DNA of 56,825 nucleotides from Perkinsus olseni (Eukaryota): NCBI GenBank assembly GCA_013115125.1, contig JABANN010000176.1, positions 1 to 56,825 of the forward strand, read 5' to 3'. Shown piece by piece: positions 12,616 to 24,979 of this stretch (position 1 is its first letter; each line of letters starts with the position of its first letter). The notes under the pieces were generated by a model. It saw only the letters and a program-made list of their open reading frames with translations, ran no database searches and was not told where the DNA came from. The position numbers and the translations under genes were made by a program.

Positions 12616-15090
12616 TCAGTATCTCCTTCTCCTGCTATCATCTCTTCTACTTCTAGACCGAGACCTCGAACTCGATCGAGAGGGGCCTGAAAATATCAGT
12701 CTCATACCAAACTTCCCACACATCAGTCGCGAATCTCACTTCTCCGTCTGCTCGATCCCTCCCCCCTCGGCGCCCAGCGTTCACGCTCAGAGACGCTCCT
12801 CGAACGACTACGCCCTGACATGATGAAGTTGGCCTGCGAAATGGTGGGCAGATGGTACTTTCGCCCGAAGCCTCGCCCTTGTTAGGTTGAGTTTCAGGAG
12901 GAGACCCACGAGATGGCGAGAGAGATAGCTCAAACCAGCCTAAGCCAGGCATACCACACCACGACCAAATCGCATTTCCCACTCCCTACTGCTGCGCCTC
13001 TGGGAAGATCCTCGACGCCTCGTAACCTTTCTTGGTGAACCGGATGGAGGGGCTGCGTCTGCGAAGAGGGCACACAAAAGTCAGCTCCTCGCGGAGAGGA
13101 TTCGAGTTTATGAATTCGAGCCTCATCCACAGCCGGACGCCATCCCCCATCAGAGTTCCGCCTGCCGGTCGTGGTGGTACGCCCCGGCAGTCCTGCGTTG
13201 AATTCCCAACTAACAACATATTGCGCACGCCCGAGAATGCTGTGAAGTCCGCGCAATGAGAATCGACCACTAGCTATCCCCACCACTACGACATTCGATA
13301 TGAAGCTCTGAGACGCCCAGTGGGACAGGAGCAGGAGCAGGGTCGTTCAAGGCACGCGTTGGCTCAATGATTGATGGCACAAGTCAGCCCAACGCGACAG
13401 AATCTATGCCACTATTACCACTGCCGTTCTCTCTCCTTCTTCGTTTGGGCGATCCACTCTCATCACGTCTCGATCTACGAGGACCCGGAGGAGATATACT
13501 CTTTTCCCTTCGGGGCTTCTCACGTGACCGGTCATCTAACAAGGGCACCCATACCACACACGCCCGGATACCAACGGAAACTGAGATCTACCCGAAACAT
13601 GTTCGCTCAGGAATTGAAAACCACTCCCGTTTTCCCAACGACAGAAGACTAGTGAAGCTAGTGAAAGTCTGTGGCCTAGAAGGCGACGGACGAACAAACT
13701 ACTCAGGCGTCTTTTGTCGGTGTCAGACATTGGGCCAGCGATAATATTGGTCGGATTCATCCTCTTGATCAAGTACCCATAAGGACTACTGCGTTTAAAC
13801 TTTTCGACACAGTACAAGTGGATTCACGAGCCATTGAGTTGTCCGAAGCAACATCGGACCCCGCCCGAGTTCCAACGGAAATTCAGAAACCCTGCCAGTG
13901 TGGAAAAAGGAACTTTCGCCAGTAAAATCGTAAAGTTTCGACAAGCACTTGCGTGAAAATTCAAGATCCTCCGACTATTATTATCACCTATTCTCTCCGG
14001 CGGCGGTCGTTCGATGTATCGCTGCCTCGGCCCGGCTTGGGCGTCATCCCGGGCTCTCCTCCATGCATCCAGATCTCCCGATTTCTCTGACGACAATCGT
14101 ACAGGATGACACCAGGCCGACCTCAATGCTACTTCCCGTCTTGGAAGAAGATCTTTCCTGTCTTCGCTGTTGCGGTGACCCTCCCTTCGATCGGCGACGA
14201 CCCCTAAACATACCACCGAGATCCCATCTACATCTGAGCTGACCGATTCTACCTGCTGGGGCTTCGACTGCTCTCCGACCCACTACTACTGCCACTGCTG
14301 CTGTCGTCACTCTCTGACTCCGAATCGCTACTGCTGGATGATGACGCTGATGACGAGGAGGACGAGGAAGACTCGGAACGAGCCCGCCGGCGACTCCGTT
14401 TTGCATCCCTCATCTTCGAACGACCCTTCCGATCTTCTGTAAAAACGATACACGATTCACCAAGCCTTCAATAACAGGCCGGGCTGTCACCTTTCTTATT
14501 AGTTTTTGGCCCTTGGGCAACCATGGGTTTCACCTCGTCCTTCCTCTCACCAAAGCGTTTGTTGTCATAAAGGAAGTTATTCCTGCACAGAGGACAACAC
14601 CATCATTACCAATGATTATTATTATCCATCGGTTGTCACTAATGTGGTCTAGGTTCTGTTAAATTGCTCTGGCCATAGTATAAATACGAAATGGGCGAAT
14701 TATGGTATCAGACTGTATATTTTTGGTACAGCGTCTATGAATAAACAACTCCCGCGCCAGCACGCAGCGTCCGTCCCCCGATGAGCGCCTTACTTGGGGA
14801 CATCAGGGCCAGGATCCTCATTAAACTTCGGCTGGTACTTCTTACTACGGACTTTTTGCATCTACAAATGCCACCCGTGGGTATCGAACCCGGGTCATTC
14901 ACCACCGCCTTACTCGCGACATCCGACTGGCGTTTTTGGGAGGGTTCTTACACTCGTAACTCCAATGGCCATACTGAAAGAACATAAACTCGCCACGACG
15001 ACCGCCGGGCCCCTGAACCCCCACCTGCAGGCAGTTCTGGCACAGGATATCCTCCTTCGCCTTCGATGTTGCTGTTGACAACTTCAACAT
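12616..15090 (-). CDS. CCHC zinc-knuckle (ZCCHC10-like) protein with Ser/Arg-rich tail; the region below ~14 kb may be a separate gene
   Basis: MLKLSTATSKAKEDILCQNCLQ|YGHWSYECKNPPKNASRMSR|MQKVRSKKYQPKF...; poly-Ser and RS-rich exons down to ...RSRSRSRRDDSRRRRY* at 12616. Confidence 0.65.
14862..14913 (-). other. Intron containing a tRNA 3'-half (sense)
   Basis: GTAAGGCGGTGGTGAATGACCCGGGTTCGATACCCACGGGTGGCATTTGTAG; removal joins MSR|MQK in frame. Confidence 0.85.
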
Positions 15091-15406
15091 GGCAAAGGGA
15101 ATCCTGGAAGAAGATATCTTATTTAATAATCCCAGAGCGGCCAGATATCACTCACTCAAAACTAGAATGGCGACTAGATTCTCCACTGTATACAAAAGGG
15201 TATAAAATTCTCCAGAAAACTTTACCCTAGTATTCAAGTCTCCCTCTCGTCGAACTCAATACACGTGCCAATAATCCACTAAAATGGACCTAGCCTTTGC
15301 CAATTCTAAAGCACACTACAACTCGACATCTCCAGTCCATATAACAATAAGGTTACCCATGAAACATGCAGTAGAAGTTACCAAAGCATGAACACTACAA
15401 TCGAAG

Positions 15407-18400
15407 TCACTCGTCGTCGTCGTCTTCGTCGTCGGGCAGTTCCGAATGATCATCATACTCAGACACGGATGAAGCGTCTCCAGAACTCTCTTCCTCCTCC
15501 GGGAGCCGTTCCGAGTATCGCAATTCTTGTTTGCGTCGGCCCGATCGAGCAGACGACCGATCAACAGCATCTCCTTTTCGTCGAGGGTATACACATGCAC
15601 CGCCAAGATAGTCATCTGACAACCCAAAGGTCCCGGGTTCTATTCCCGGTCAAGGCGGTTTACATGCTGGGTCGCCTTTTACGACTCTGACCGTTCCCTC
15701 AGGGTTCAACTTCGCCACCTCGTCACTTATTCGCTTAAACACCTCCTAAAATACAGAAAAATACCGTCGCCAGGGATCGAACCCCCCTTCTGCCATTACG
15801 TCGTCCGGCACACAAAGCAACGAGCACCAATCCGATACCATTGCTTCATCATCTTCCGTAATATTATAAATATGCGGGCCCTCTTCTTTCCCAGTAATCG
15901 TAGATTCTTCCCGACGACGATACCACTCCAACCAGGAGAGTATCTTAACACCTCGTGTACCCCCTGGGTAACCTCAAGATACCAACAATCGCACCGACTG
16001 TTACACATAAACGTTATAAACAGCTATCAATAAGTATCAACAGACAGTCGTACTGTCTACATACCACAATCTCAACTACTCTAACGTCCGTCCGCTTTAT
16101 TACACCTATTACTCCAACCTAGTGCACCACAAGGCTTACGAGAATACCAGGAAACCCGCAGGCCCAACAACAACGTTACCGCGCTGGAGGAATCTTTCGC
16201 TCACCCTGGGTTATTACAAAAATGTCATCGACCTTGCTGTTGCCCCGCATGATCGAAGGATCCGCATCGCACTCTTCTATGAGAAAATGCGTCATTTCGA
16301 AGTCCAACAGGCTCACCGCCATATTCAGTGCCGGAGTCATACCTAAACAAGGTAACCCAAGGGCCCCCGGTTCGATCCCCAGCAAGACCATTTCTACCCG
16401 CAGCTCCCACTGGAGAGTTCACGAGTCTCCGCACTACATCAAGTCCGTGTTGGGACTTCATCTGACGCAGAAATCTTTCCTTTCCTATTTTTCCATCAAC
16501 TCTCACCGCAAGAAGAACTGTCTCGGCTGCCTGGAATTGGCGCGCGTCGATTAAGATATCCGCAGGTGTACATCCCATGCTGTTCTGTACTCCAGCGTCC
16601 GCCCCTCGATCTGAAAAAAGATAATCGTGAATCGCTTCGCTCCGCCATCTGTATTCTACAAATTGCGAAGAATACTTCAAAATGCAATCCGTGTGATTCG
16701 AACCTGATACCTCCCGCAAAACAATTACCCAATAGTAATGAGAGCATCTCCATTCCGCCATCTGTCCGTACCGCTGCAGCATGCAACGGACTCTCGCCTG
16801 TCCTCGGATTAACATAATTCACATTCGCACCAAAATCATCAATGCACCTTTTCGCCATGGACACCGCCAACACCTCATCGGAGTACCGACAGATCTGACG
16901 ACCGCAACCCTTCCACAAGACGCGGCAGCAACACGGTAGGGCTCTCGTTCACTCAACTAACGACCCGGTTTCTATCCCCAGTAAAACTCGGTAAAACTAC
17001 CGAGCCCGTGATCCATCTCTAGCTCTACTGAATTCGCGCAACCACCACATGCGTCGCGCGTTTTACAGCCCGGCAAGAAATGTCCACAGCTGATTCCATC
17101 CGAATTTGAATATTGGGACGAGACCTCCTCAGAACGTAAATTCGTAGAGCCTTAGCAAGGTCTATTTACGCACGACAGCTCATCCGAAAAATACTTTTTT
17201 GGCGGCCACACGTCAATTTTCTGATGGAAATTTTTTTCACCGGACTGAGTGCTAGAACGCTCAACATTGCTAATACAGACGGACGCCGCAACAGAGGCCC
17301 CTCCGCCCTCCAGTGTACCCTCATCAAGGTCGAATCGCCTGTCTCCGGGTCCACAGCGTCCGGCACAGCCCCACCTTCTCCCACCAGCACCCCTATGACC
17401 TCATTACTCATACCACATTCCAACGCCCTCTGGAATGGCGTCACGCCTCTCGTCGAGAATACGTCAACCTGGCATTCGAAAAAATTACAAGATACCAGGC
17501 GGAGCGAAGCAACCCTATCTGCAGTACCTCAGCTCCAGCAGCCAGTAGTATCTTTATGACCCCAACACGCCCCTCATCTGCATCCGTACCCAGAGCCCCA
17601 AAAATAGCAGTCTCGCCATTGGCAGCCCTCCGGTTCGGGTCAGCACCACTTTCAATCAACAGCCGACAGAATCGAAGGTCCCCACTCTGAGCAGCGATAT
17701 AGAGGACACTGAAGCCTCCGCGAGGCACCAAATTCGGCTTCGCTCCGCCTAAATCAACCGCCCGCTTCTCATGTCGCGCGCCACGAAATTACCCTTCAAG
17801 AGCATGACACAGAGCTCGTAGTGTCCCTTCTCCACCGCAGTGTGCAAGGGAGTGAAACCAGTTCTCGGATGGGGCAAATCTAGCTCCGCTCCACTCTCGA
17901 TTGCCATTCTACAAGCATCGATATCGTTCCTCCTGAACAAAAAAACTTCGCTCCGCTAGAGATTATGTCTCCCGACTCCGCGGCCGAGTGAAGGTCCATC
18001 GCCTTGAGCAGGGCCTGGGTCGCCGGGTCCTCAGTCAGCTCCATCAACGTCCTCCCGGTGGCGTCCGTCACGTTCAATTGTGCACCATGAGAGACCAGGC
18101 ATTTGATCTGAGATGTAAATCTTGCTCTCTCACCCAATCTTGCATTTCCCTAACGCCGTACCATATCTCGATCGTCTGCAGTAACAGCGATCGTTAAAGG
18201 CGTATCCCCGTCTTTCCCGACAACGTTTGGATCCGCCGAGGCCTCCAGCAGCACCGCCGCCATCCTTACCTCACAGCCGCTCTCGACCGCCTGACGATTT
18301 GGGAAAAAGTTGGTATCAGTAATCACCCACAATACTACCAATAAAAAGAGAGGCTCCTCGGTCGTAGGGTCCACAAGCGTGGGTTCAACGCCACTCTTGA

Positions 18401-18575
18401 GAAGAGCCCGCATCGCTCCAACAGAGCAATTACGTTCGGTGTTCCCCAGGGAGGGGCTCGAGAGAGAGCCAGGCAAGAACGTAGACTAATCGGAAAAAGT
18501 GTCTGACCCTGGGATTGAACCCGGGACCTCTCACCATCCGTCTCTCCGCCAGCAGTGAACTCGAAGACGTCCGCC
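15407..18575 (-). CDS. Multi-ankyrin-repeat protein with acidic C-terminus; start unresolved and may continue from the upstream channel gene
   Basis: Repeats such as GDTPLTIAV, GFTPLHTAVEKGHYELCVMLLK, GFSVLYIAAQSGDLRFCRLLIESGADPN, GESPLHAAA; final exon ...ELPDDEDDDDE* ends at 15407. Confidence 0.8.
15616..15663 (+). other. Intron containing a tRNA 3'-half (antisense to - strand host)
   Basis: + strand AACCCAAAGGTCCCGGGTTCTATTCCCGGTCAAGGCG, perfect T-stem; host intron GTAAAC...GTCAG. Confidence 0.85.
15746..15799 (-). other. Intron containing a tRNA 3'-half (sense)
   Basis: GTAATGGCAGAAGGGGGGTTCGATCCCTGGCGACGGTATTTTTCTGTATTTTAG; VPDD|EVFK in frame. Confidence 0.8.
16343..16397 (+). other. 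Intron containing a tRNA 3'-half (antisense)
   Basis: + strand TAACCCAAGGGCCCCCGGTTCGATCCCCAGCAAGACCATTT; host intron GTAGAA...TTTAG. Confidence 0.85.
16611..16728 (-). other. Intron with a tRNA 3'-half (sense) plus a GCGGAGCGAAGC motif
   Basis: GTAATTG...GGAGGTATCAGGTTCGAATCACACGGATTGCATTTT...GGCGGAGCGAAGCG...TTTTTTCAG. Confidence 0.65.
18486..18534 (-). other. Intron containing a tRNA 3'-half (sense)
   Basis: GTGAGAGGTCCCGGGTTCAATCCCAGGGTCAGACACTTTTTCCGATTAG. Confidence 0.85.
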
Positions 18576-18789
18576 TGAGCAGATGAGTAAATCTTATACT
18601 GCGTGTCACTGATTACGACCAAGGACCATCCCACACTTTACTAATAAAATCCAAAATAAATTTAAATAAAAAATTTGATCTAAATTTTTTATCTAACATA
18701 AATCATTTCCAATGCTATTCCCGCATTCAATAACGCGCAAAGAAAAAAAACGCATAAAAAAGAGCAAAGACGAAAAATTCCCCCAGGTG

Positions 18790-21700
18790 TGATAATTCCG
18801 GCCGGGCGTATCTTCACGAGGCGAGATCTTATCAGATCTGACCGAATCTTCACGAGATCGACAACATCCGTCAACCATTCCCCTCGTCCTCGCTGACGGG
18901 CCGTGGATTGAGGGACCCAACTCCGAGTAACTCCAAAACCCGAAACGCACGGGTTTTGCTCACAAGCGATGCTGAGGCAAACGGGTACTGTGGTCATTAC
19001 TGTGGTTCATTGGACCCGACTCTCCACATTCTTCCATGATACGCCCTCATCCACTACCCAACCCACCTGTTGGCACTCAGTCCCCCTTGACCTGACTTCA
19101 CACCAACAGCAGCATTACTTCTGTCACCGTCAAGAGCAGACGACGCGCCAGATGAAGATGACGATGACGAGGATAAAGAGGAAGTATCATCATAAATCTC
19201 GTCATAACTCGTGCCGTTACTACAAGAAAACAAATCGATCGTTGCACGCATGCACACAGTAGAGCACTCAACTTGACCTCGAACGTATCTTACCTTGCCA
19301 AAGCGATGGCCAGGATATTTCGAATCTCGATGACGGCAAAGGAAATCTCGCTGGTTCGCTCGGGAGGACCTGAGAGTTTGATACCAGAAAATCCGCAAAT
19401 CGTGGAGCGAGCGAGGCATACACTGTCACTTCTGCGCTTTTTTACGGCCGTTTGTTGCTCACTATCTCTTCACAACTATGTTTATTGAATCGTCCCACAC
19501 TGTACTCACGGCGAGAATAATGCAGAGAAAAGGCCGTGCTGGGATTCGAACCCAAGACGTATGGCAAGCTCCGTCACGAAGGTCGCCCCATCATTACCCT
19601 TGTCGCGCTTCATCGTCTCCACTGCATCCGCCGCGGCCGCAGCTGCTTTCCCCTTCCCTTGGGAGGCCATCAGCATGATGCTCGACATGGCCGTGTCCCT
19701 CCTTCGCAACACCACCGGTTGGACCCCAATTTCTGAATCAGATCCAATGATATTATGCGCCGATCGCCTTGTGCATGCGTGCTAATGCTCCAACCTTCTG
19801 AGTAGAACTAGATAGACGAACCTATACACTCCTTCCCGCCTTGCGTTGACTATGAGCAACAACGGAAAGGCAACAAGTTCTCACTAATATAATTTTTAAG
19901 AAGGAAAATACAAAGTCGGAAAAGCCGCCTTCTCCATAGATCGAACCTGGGTCGTTGGATGAGTGAATACGACCCTTCCCATATTACTCAAACCCTCCGC
20001 ATCGAACTCCGACGTAGCGTAATTGATGGCAGTCAGATCTGCATCATCCAATATCAAAGGATTGGCCCCGGCGTCCAACAGAAGCGAGACGATCTCAACC
20101 TTCAAATCCTTGACCGCCACATGAAGAGGTGTGCCTGTTTTACCCCTTCCCAAATCGATCACGCGATCGATTAGAACTACGCTGGTCCACAGGGCTGCTC
20201 ATATTCACCGCCACATCATCCATCTCCGTCAGCACCTCCACCGCGGGCTCTCTACCCCAGCGCACAGACAACATCAACATCGTGTCACCGGTCTCAAGCT
20301 CGTCAATTGTGTTCGGCAATACTACCTCGTCCGCAACCAGATCGACGAACGTCTGAAGAGAATATATCCTCGCCAGGAATCGAACCGACGACCTCCGGCA
20401 TGGCAACCTACCTCCATATCGTTCTTAGTTATACAGTACACCGCTTTCGCCTCCATATAAAGCGTCACTGCCTCTGGACTAGTAGAGATCCGCTCGAACA
20501 GATCATCTCTCTTCAATTTCACCAACTCAGTAAAGGAGCCGCAAACGCCCGTCGCTTCATAGTCGCCCTGAACCTCATCAGAAATCGACGGTCACCAAGC
20601 GCCTTCCATGATGAGCATGAGTCAACCTCAAGATACCCGTCTCACCGCTATGAAAAGATACTCTTCCCCAACATAATCATCTGCCTTCAAACTGCGCACT
20701 TTCTCCGAAACCACCTCAGACTCGTCCGCGTTATCACTTCTCCTTTGATCGCTCGCCCGATGTGTGACCGAAGCGTCCCTGACAAACAGGCTGTCACCAC
20801 ATCACCAATAGTTCGCCGATTTATGGTACTATCAAGGTTCATATGAATCACCAGACCAGCGATGATTAAGCGACCTGACCGCGCGCCACGAAATTAAAGT
20901 AGTTACTCCATGGGGTCGTTTGCCGCTTCTTTATTCGAATTCTCATCGGCACTTGTCACAACTGCAATCAGAGTCATTCTACCTCTCCGGACAAAATACC
21001 TAGAAATAACAGAAAAATGCCCCCACCAGGATTCGAACCCGCGACCTATTACATGCCCGCAGCAGGCTCTCCCTGGTAGAACATCACGTCTCCCGGCGCA
21101 CAGAAGACGTGATTGCAAGCCATGCATATCCGAGCAAGGAGCTCCTCTCTAATACGTGCGAAGAAAACATACCTAAAAATCCTCCTCCCAGGAATCGAAC
21201 CAGGGACCTCCAGATGGCCAACCGTCTCAATAGCCTTCCCATCAAAGTTAACTGCATTTCGTTCTTCAACGAATCCGACAACTGAGAAGGCCCCCCATCT
21301 CATCCTGTAAGAACCATCATCCTCACCATCGTCATCAGCTCCGCCTTAGCTTTACTCTCAAATTGATTGTCCAGTAAATTCTCAATATAACGACGGACGC
21401 GCAGCTGAGAGAACGGACACATGCACGAGAAAACTTAGATCGCGTGGCATTTTGTATCGCACACGCGTCAACCTAAGTTACCACCTGTCGATTGCCGAAT
21501 TTATATTCCGAGTCGTGGCATTTTGTATCATGCGCGCGTCAACCTAAGATACCATCTCACTACCTGTAAATGTGGTCCAACGTTATTAGCCCTCATGAAT
21601 TTCATCGCTCTCTTCATCCTCTGCCTAAATTCAGTCTTGTACTCCCCGAAAGATACCACAAGATTCGTCACCGACCCTGATCATCAGCAATTTCGTGGCG

Positions 21701-24467
21701 CGCGAGAATTTCCCTTATTACCAACAACCACGGCGAAAATGACGCCAGCGGCGAGCATGAGCATCATCGTGAAATTCCTTTCATTATTATTTTCCGCAGC
21801 CACCGGTCCATACATGGTAGACACCACCGAAACCGCATAGAACAGCGATCGTACATACCTACGAGGAATCTTTTCTCTCCATTAAACTCACGCTCAACCT
21901 CAAGATACCCTACTTATCATACAGCGCTCCCTGAACATTGAGATTGTTCTCCCGAACCCAATTGTCCTCCAATTCGATCTGGGCTTCCCCGATAGCCCAC
22001 CAAAAACAAGCGATCCAGTGGCTGAAGCACATCAGCCCGAGGAACATCTTCAACATAGTAAAGGCGACCAGCAAGATATCCGATTCGATATGCTCTTCCA
22101 TTTTAGTCAGAAGTTGCCTTAGCCTTATCAGACGTAACAGACGGGCTAATCCTGAAAATTTGTCAAGTGCAAGCTTCAACCTAAGATTCCCATCTGGTTA
22201 TTACTCATAGCTTTGAAAACCTCGACAATGGTCGACGACGAGCCCTCGCTTGCGTCGGTATCTGCGAAGACCGCACCATAACTTAAGAATGAGAAGATAT
22301 TTCTTTGCTGTGCGCACTCTACTACGGCGAGCCAGTATCCAGTTGATCGGGGTCGTGGCAGCGAGGTCAATGATGAACCACGTACGGGTGTAATTCGAGA
22401 CTATCGCACGGTTCTCCAGATTGAGCTCCTAAGAATCAGCGTTGAGGAAATGCAAGATAGCAAGATTGCCCTACTCCTCTGTACCAAAATCCCGTGAAGA
22501 AGTTGAGTATGAGATCCGTAAGAAAAAAAATATCCACGCATAGATCGATATCGAAGAGCCAGCCGGAGAGCTCGGTGTCGAATGATATTAAATAGGGGAC
22601 CTGACGGGAGAGTTGGTGATGGAGTGGTATGACAAATAAATCCGGCAGAAGGTTTTATATCAAGCCGTCCGCTATTGATCAAGACAAAGAGAAAGAATAT
22701 ATGTTTCCCTGTGATTTCACAGGAGCCTCTGAAAGGAAGCGTCACTGCGCCACGAAATTACCAGAAACGCCTGATAGGCGATGAAGAGAAGCGCGACGAA
22801 GTCCCAGACCAGGCGGAACTTTCGATCGGGATAGACTATCCACCTCGCTGCAGGTTCTGAACACGAAAAATACCGTGGCCTCGGATTGAACCTGCGTCCT
22901 CTACCTCGACCGGATTGCCCTAGCACGCCTGATGCACCGTCCAGCATACCAGCTCTTCCTTGAATAGCAGCTCGAGATGATGATCTAGACCATGATCGAT
23001 CTCCACCCTGCGAGATGACACCGACTGGGCGAGGTTCCAGGTTCGATCCCCGGCGCATTCATATTCCGAGTTATGAAAGATTCATTATGAGTATCTTTCT
23101 TCCCATTATCTGCCAGCACGACCTCAGGATAATAAGATTCCCGAGGAATGTCCTCGCCCTGGATATTACCATGAATCTACATTTCCGTGGTGGCATTACT
23201 GAGAAACGCGGTGACGGTGCACTGATAGCGGACCCTGATGGAGTATCCAGATCGATCAACCGTTTCATAATAATCATGTTAAATATTACTATTATTCCCT
23301 CCCATGAGTTCATTATTATACTGCTCGACGAGGAAGTCCAGGGCACCCTTAGAGGGAGGCGATGCATCAGCCGCACTTCCAGCTGTCATAACTCTGCCTT
23401 GGCCAGTATCTTAGGTTGAAGCTCGGCAATAGCGAAAGAAAATCTTCCAATAAATCGCGAGCACTGGGTGATTTTTTGAAAATCATTTTTCAACCGAGCT
23501 CGGAGCCAACCAATTTCTCTCACCGTCTTTCCTCGACGACCTCCGAGACTCCCGCTGGCCGACAGGTTTGTTTTCATCATCGACCACTTCGGTGAGGACG
23601 TGACCTAGCAGAACCTCATACCTCAACCCAGGGACGACCTCTCCAATAGTAATAGCATACGACTACAAACCGAAAGGTCTCCGGTTCGATCCCGAGCACT
23701 GCATTTTATTACTCCACGATGGTCGGCCACTGCCACCCTCACCAACAGGCTTCAAGAGACTCCGCCGTGCCCTCCTCCTGACCTCGAGCGCTTCCTGAAC
23801 ATAAAAACACCACTAGGCCTAGCTAATTTCGTGGCGCGTGACGATCTCCGCTTGACCTACTACTACCCACCACTTTCTGTTGTCCCGGCACCTCCAACGA
23901 TGATCTCTTCGACCCTTCGCCCGGGTCCTCCTCATCTTTCCCGCCGCCGTCGTTCCTAAACTCCGCTTCGCTAGGCTCTCTCGATAAAGACGGCGTTCGG
24001 AGATCTTTCCCACGGCTGTGTAGTCTCTTACGTCGATGACTGGCCTTGGCAGAAAGGGAATCCGAAGTCGGGGAATCTTTCACTTCTGCTTCGGACAGGT
24101 CGACCTCATCTCTCTCTAAAGATACTCTCTCAATTGGACGCCTCGTCTCCTCTAGAGTTTTCTTGAACTCCTCCACGATCGCCTTGTGATGGTCCGCCAT
24201 ATCTTTCGCTGTGGCCTTGGCAATATTAATTTGCATTTTTTTGATCTCACTCAGAACCTCCGGTAAACTCAGCTCGGCTGCCGCTCCCCCAGCCAACCCA
24301 CCACCAGCCAGTGGCCTTGTTGCCAACCCCGAGACATCTGCGTCCGGCAGGCCTCGGCTCCTGCGAGGGCTGGGAGCTGAGAGAACAGGAGGGACGTAAA
24401 GAGATTGAACTTTCTTGTAGGAGGCCTTCTTCGAGGGAGAGGCGCCACTCTCCTCCCGGAGGACCAT
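18790..24467 (-). CDS. Voltage-gated-channel-superfamily cation channel with cNMP-binding domain and ankyrin repeats (KCNH/HCN/plant AKT-like architecture); 3' end approximate
   Basis: S1 FRLVWDFVALLFIAYQAF, S4 LARLLRLIRLRQL, S5 FSHWIACFWWAIG, pore YVRSLFYAVSVVSTMYGPV, C-linker LRVRRYIE, cNMP-binding FCAPGDVMFYQGEPAAGMYFVRRG, ankyrin GTPLHVAVKDLKVEIVSLLLDAGANP; a possible extra ATG exon lies at 24562-24564. Confidence 0.85.
19528..19560 (-). other. tRNA 3'-half (sense), probably intronic
   Basis: ACGTCTTGGGTTCGAATCCCAGCACGGCCTTTT; intron ends not fixed. Confidence 0.7.
20353..20411 (-). other. Intron containing a tRNA 3'-half (sense)
   Basis: GTAGGTTGCCATGCCGGAGGTCGTCGGTTCGATTCCTGGCGAGGATATATTCTCTTCAG; NDME|TFVD in frame. 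Confidence 0.85.
21000..21052 (-). other. Intron containing a tRNA 3'-half (sense)
   Basis: GTAATAGGTCGCGGGTTCGAATCCTGGTGGGGGCATTTTTCTGTTATTTCTAG; removal restores AAGMYFV of the cNMP-binding domain. Confidence 0.9.
21173..21222 (-). other. Intron containing a tRNA 3'-half (sense)
   Basis: GTTGGCCATCTGGAGGTCCCTGGTTCGATTCCTGGGAGGAGGATTTTTAG; removal restores LLRRYVFF. Confidence 0.9.
22857..22904 (-). other. Intron containing a tRNA 3'-half (sense)
   Basis: GTAGAGGACGCAGGTTCAATCCGAGGCCACGGTATTTTTCGTGTTCAG. Confidence 0.8.
23031..23061 (+). other. tRNA 3'-half in a channel-gene intron (antisense)
   Basis: GAGGTTCCAGGTTCGATCCCCGGCGCATTCA. Confidence 0.7.
23663..23712 (+). other. Intron containing a tRNA 3'-half (antisense)
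   Basis: + strand AAACCGAAAGGTCTCCGGTTCGATCCCGAGCACTGCATTTT; host intron GTAATA...TTGTAG. Confidence 0.85.
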
Positions 24468-24581
24468 TATGGGAGAAGAGAAGGGCTGAGGAGGAGGAGG
24501 GGGATGGGGGTGATGAATTAGAACTTAGCAACTCAACTAAGAGCTAGGGTGGAAAATATACCATAGCTTGACCTATAATGA

Positions 24582-24950
24582 ATCTTACATGCTTGAAGAT
24601 ACCACAGCCCAACCTATATCGTATCTTACATGGTTGAAGATACCACAGCCCAACCTATATCGTATCTTACATGGTTGAAGGTACCACAGCCCAACCTATA
24701 CCGTATCTTACATGGTTGAAGATNNNNNNNNNNNNNNNNNNNNNNNNNNNNNNNNNNNNNNNNNNNNNNNNNNNNNNNNNNNNNNNNNNNNNNNNNNNNN
24801 NNNNNNNNNNNNNNNNNNAGGTACCACAGCCCAACCTATACCGTATCTTACATGGTTGAAGATACCACAGCCCAACCTATACCGTATCTTACATGGTTGA
24901 AGATACCACAGCCCAACCTATACCGTATCTTACATGCTCGAAGATACCAT
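24582..24950. repeat. 41-bp minisatellite spanning an assembly gap (N 24724-24818)
   Basis: Unit GATACCACAGCCCAACCTATACCGTATCTTACATGGTTGAA; the unit motif ACCACAG recurs at 24601, 24642, 24683 and again after the gap. Confidence 0.95.
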
Positions 24951-24979
24951 ACCGCCACATAAAATTAAATATCAAATCT

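Noticed and set aside
16957-17000. Additional antisense tRNA-half intron (CGACCCGGTTTCTATCCCCAG)
   Set aside because: The B-box is degenerate and the flanking exon frame could not be confirmed, so it is not listed as a feature
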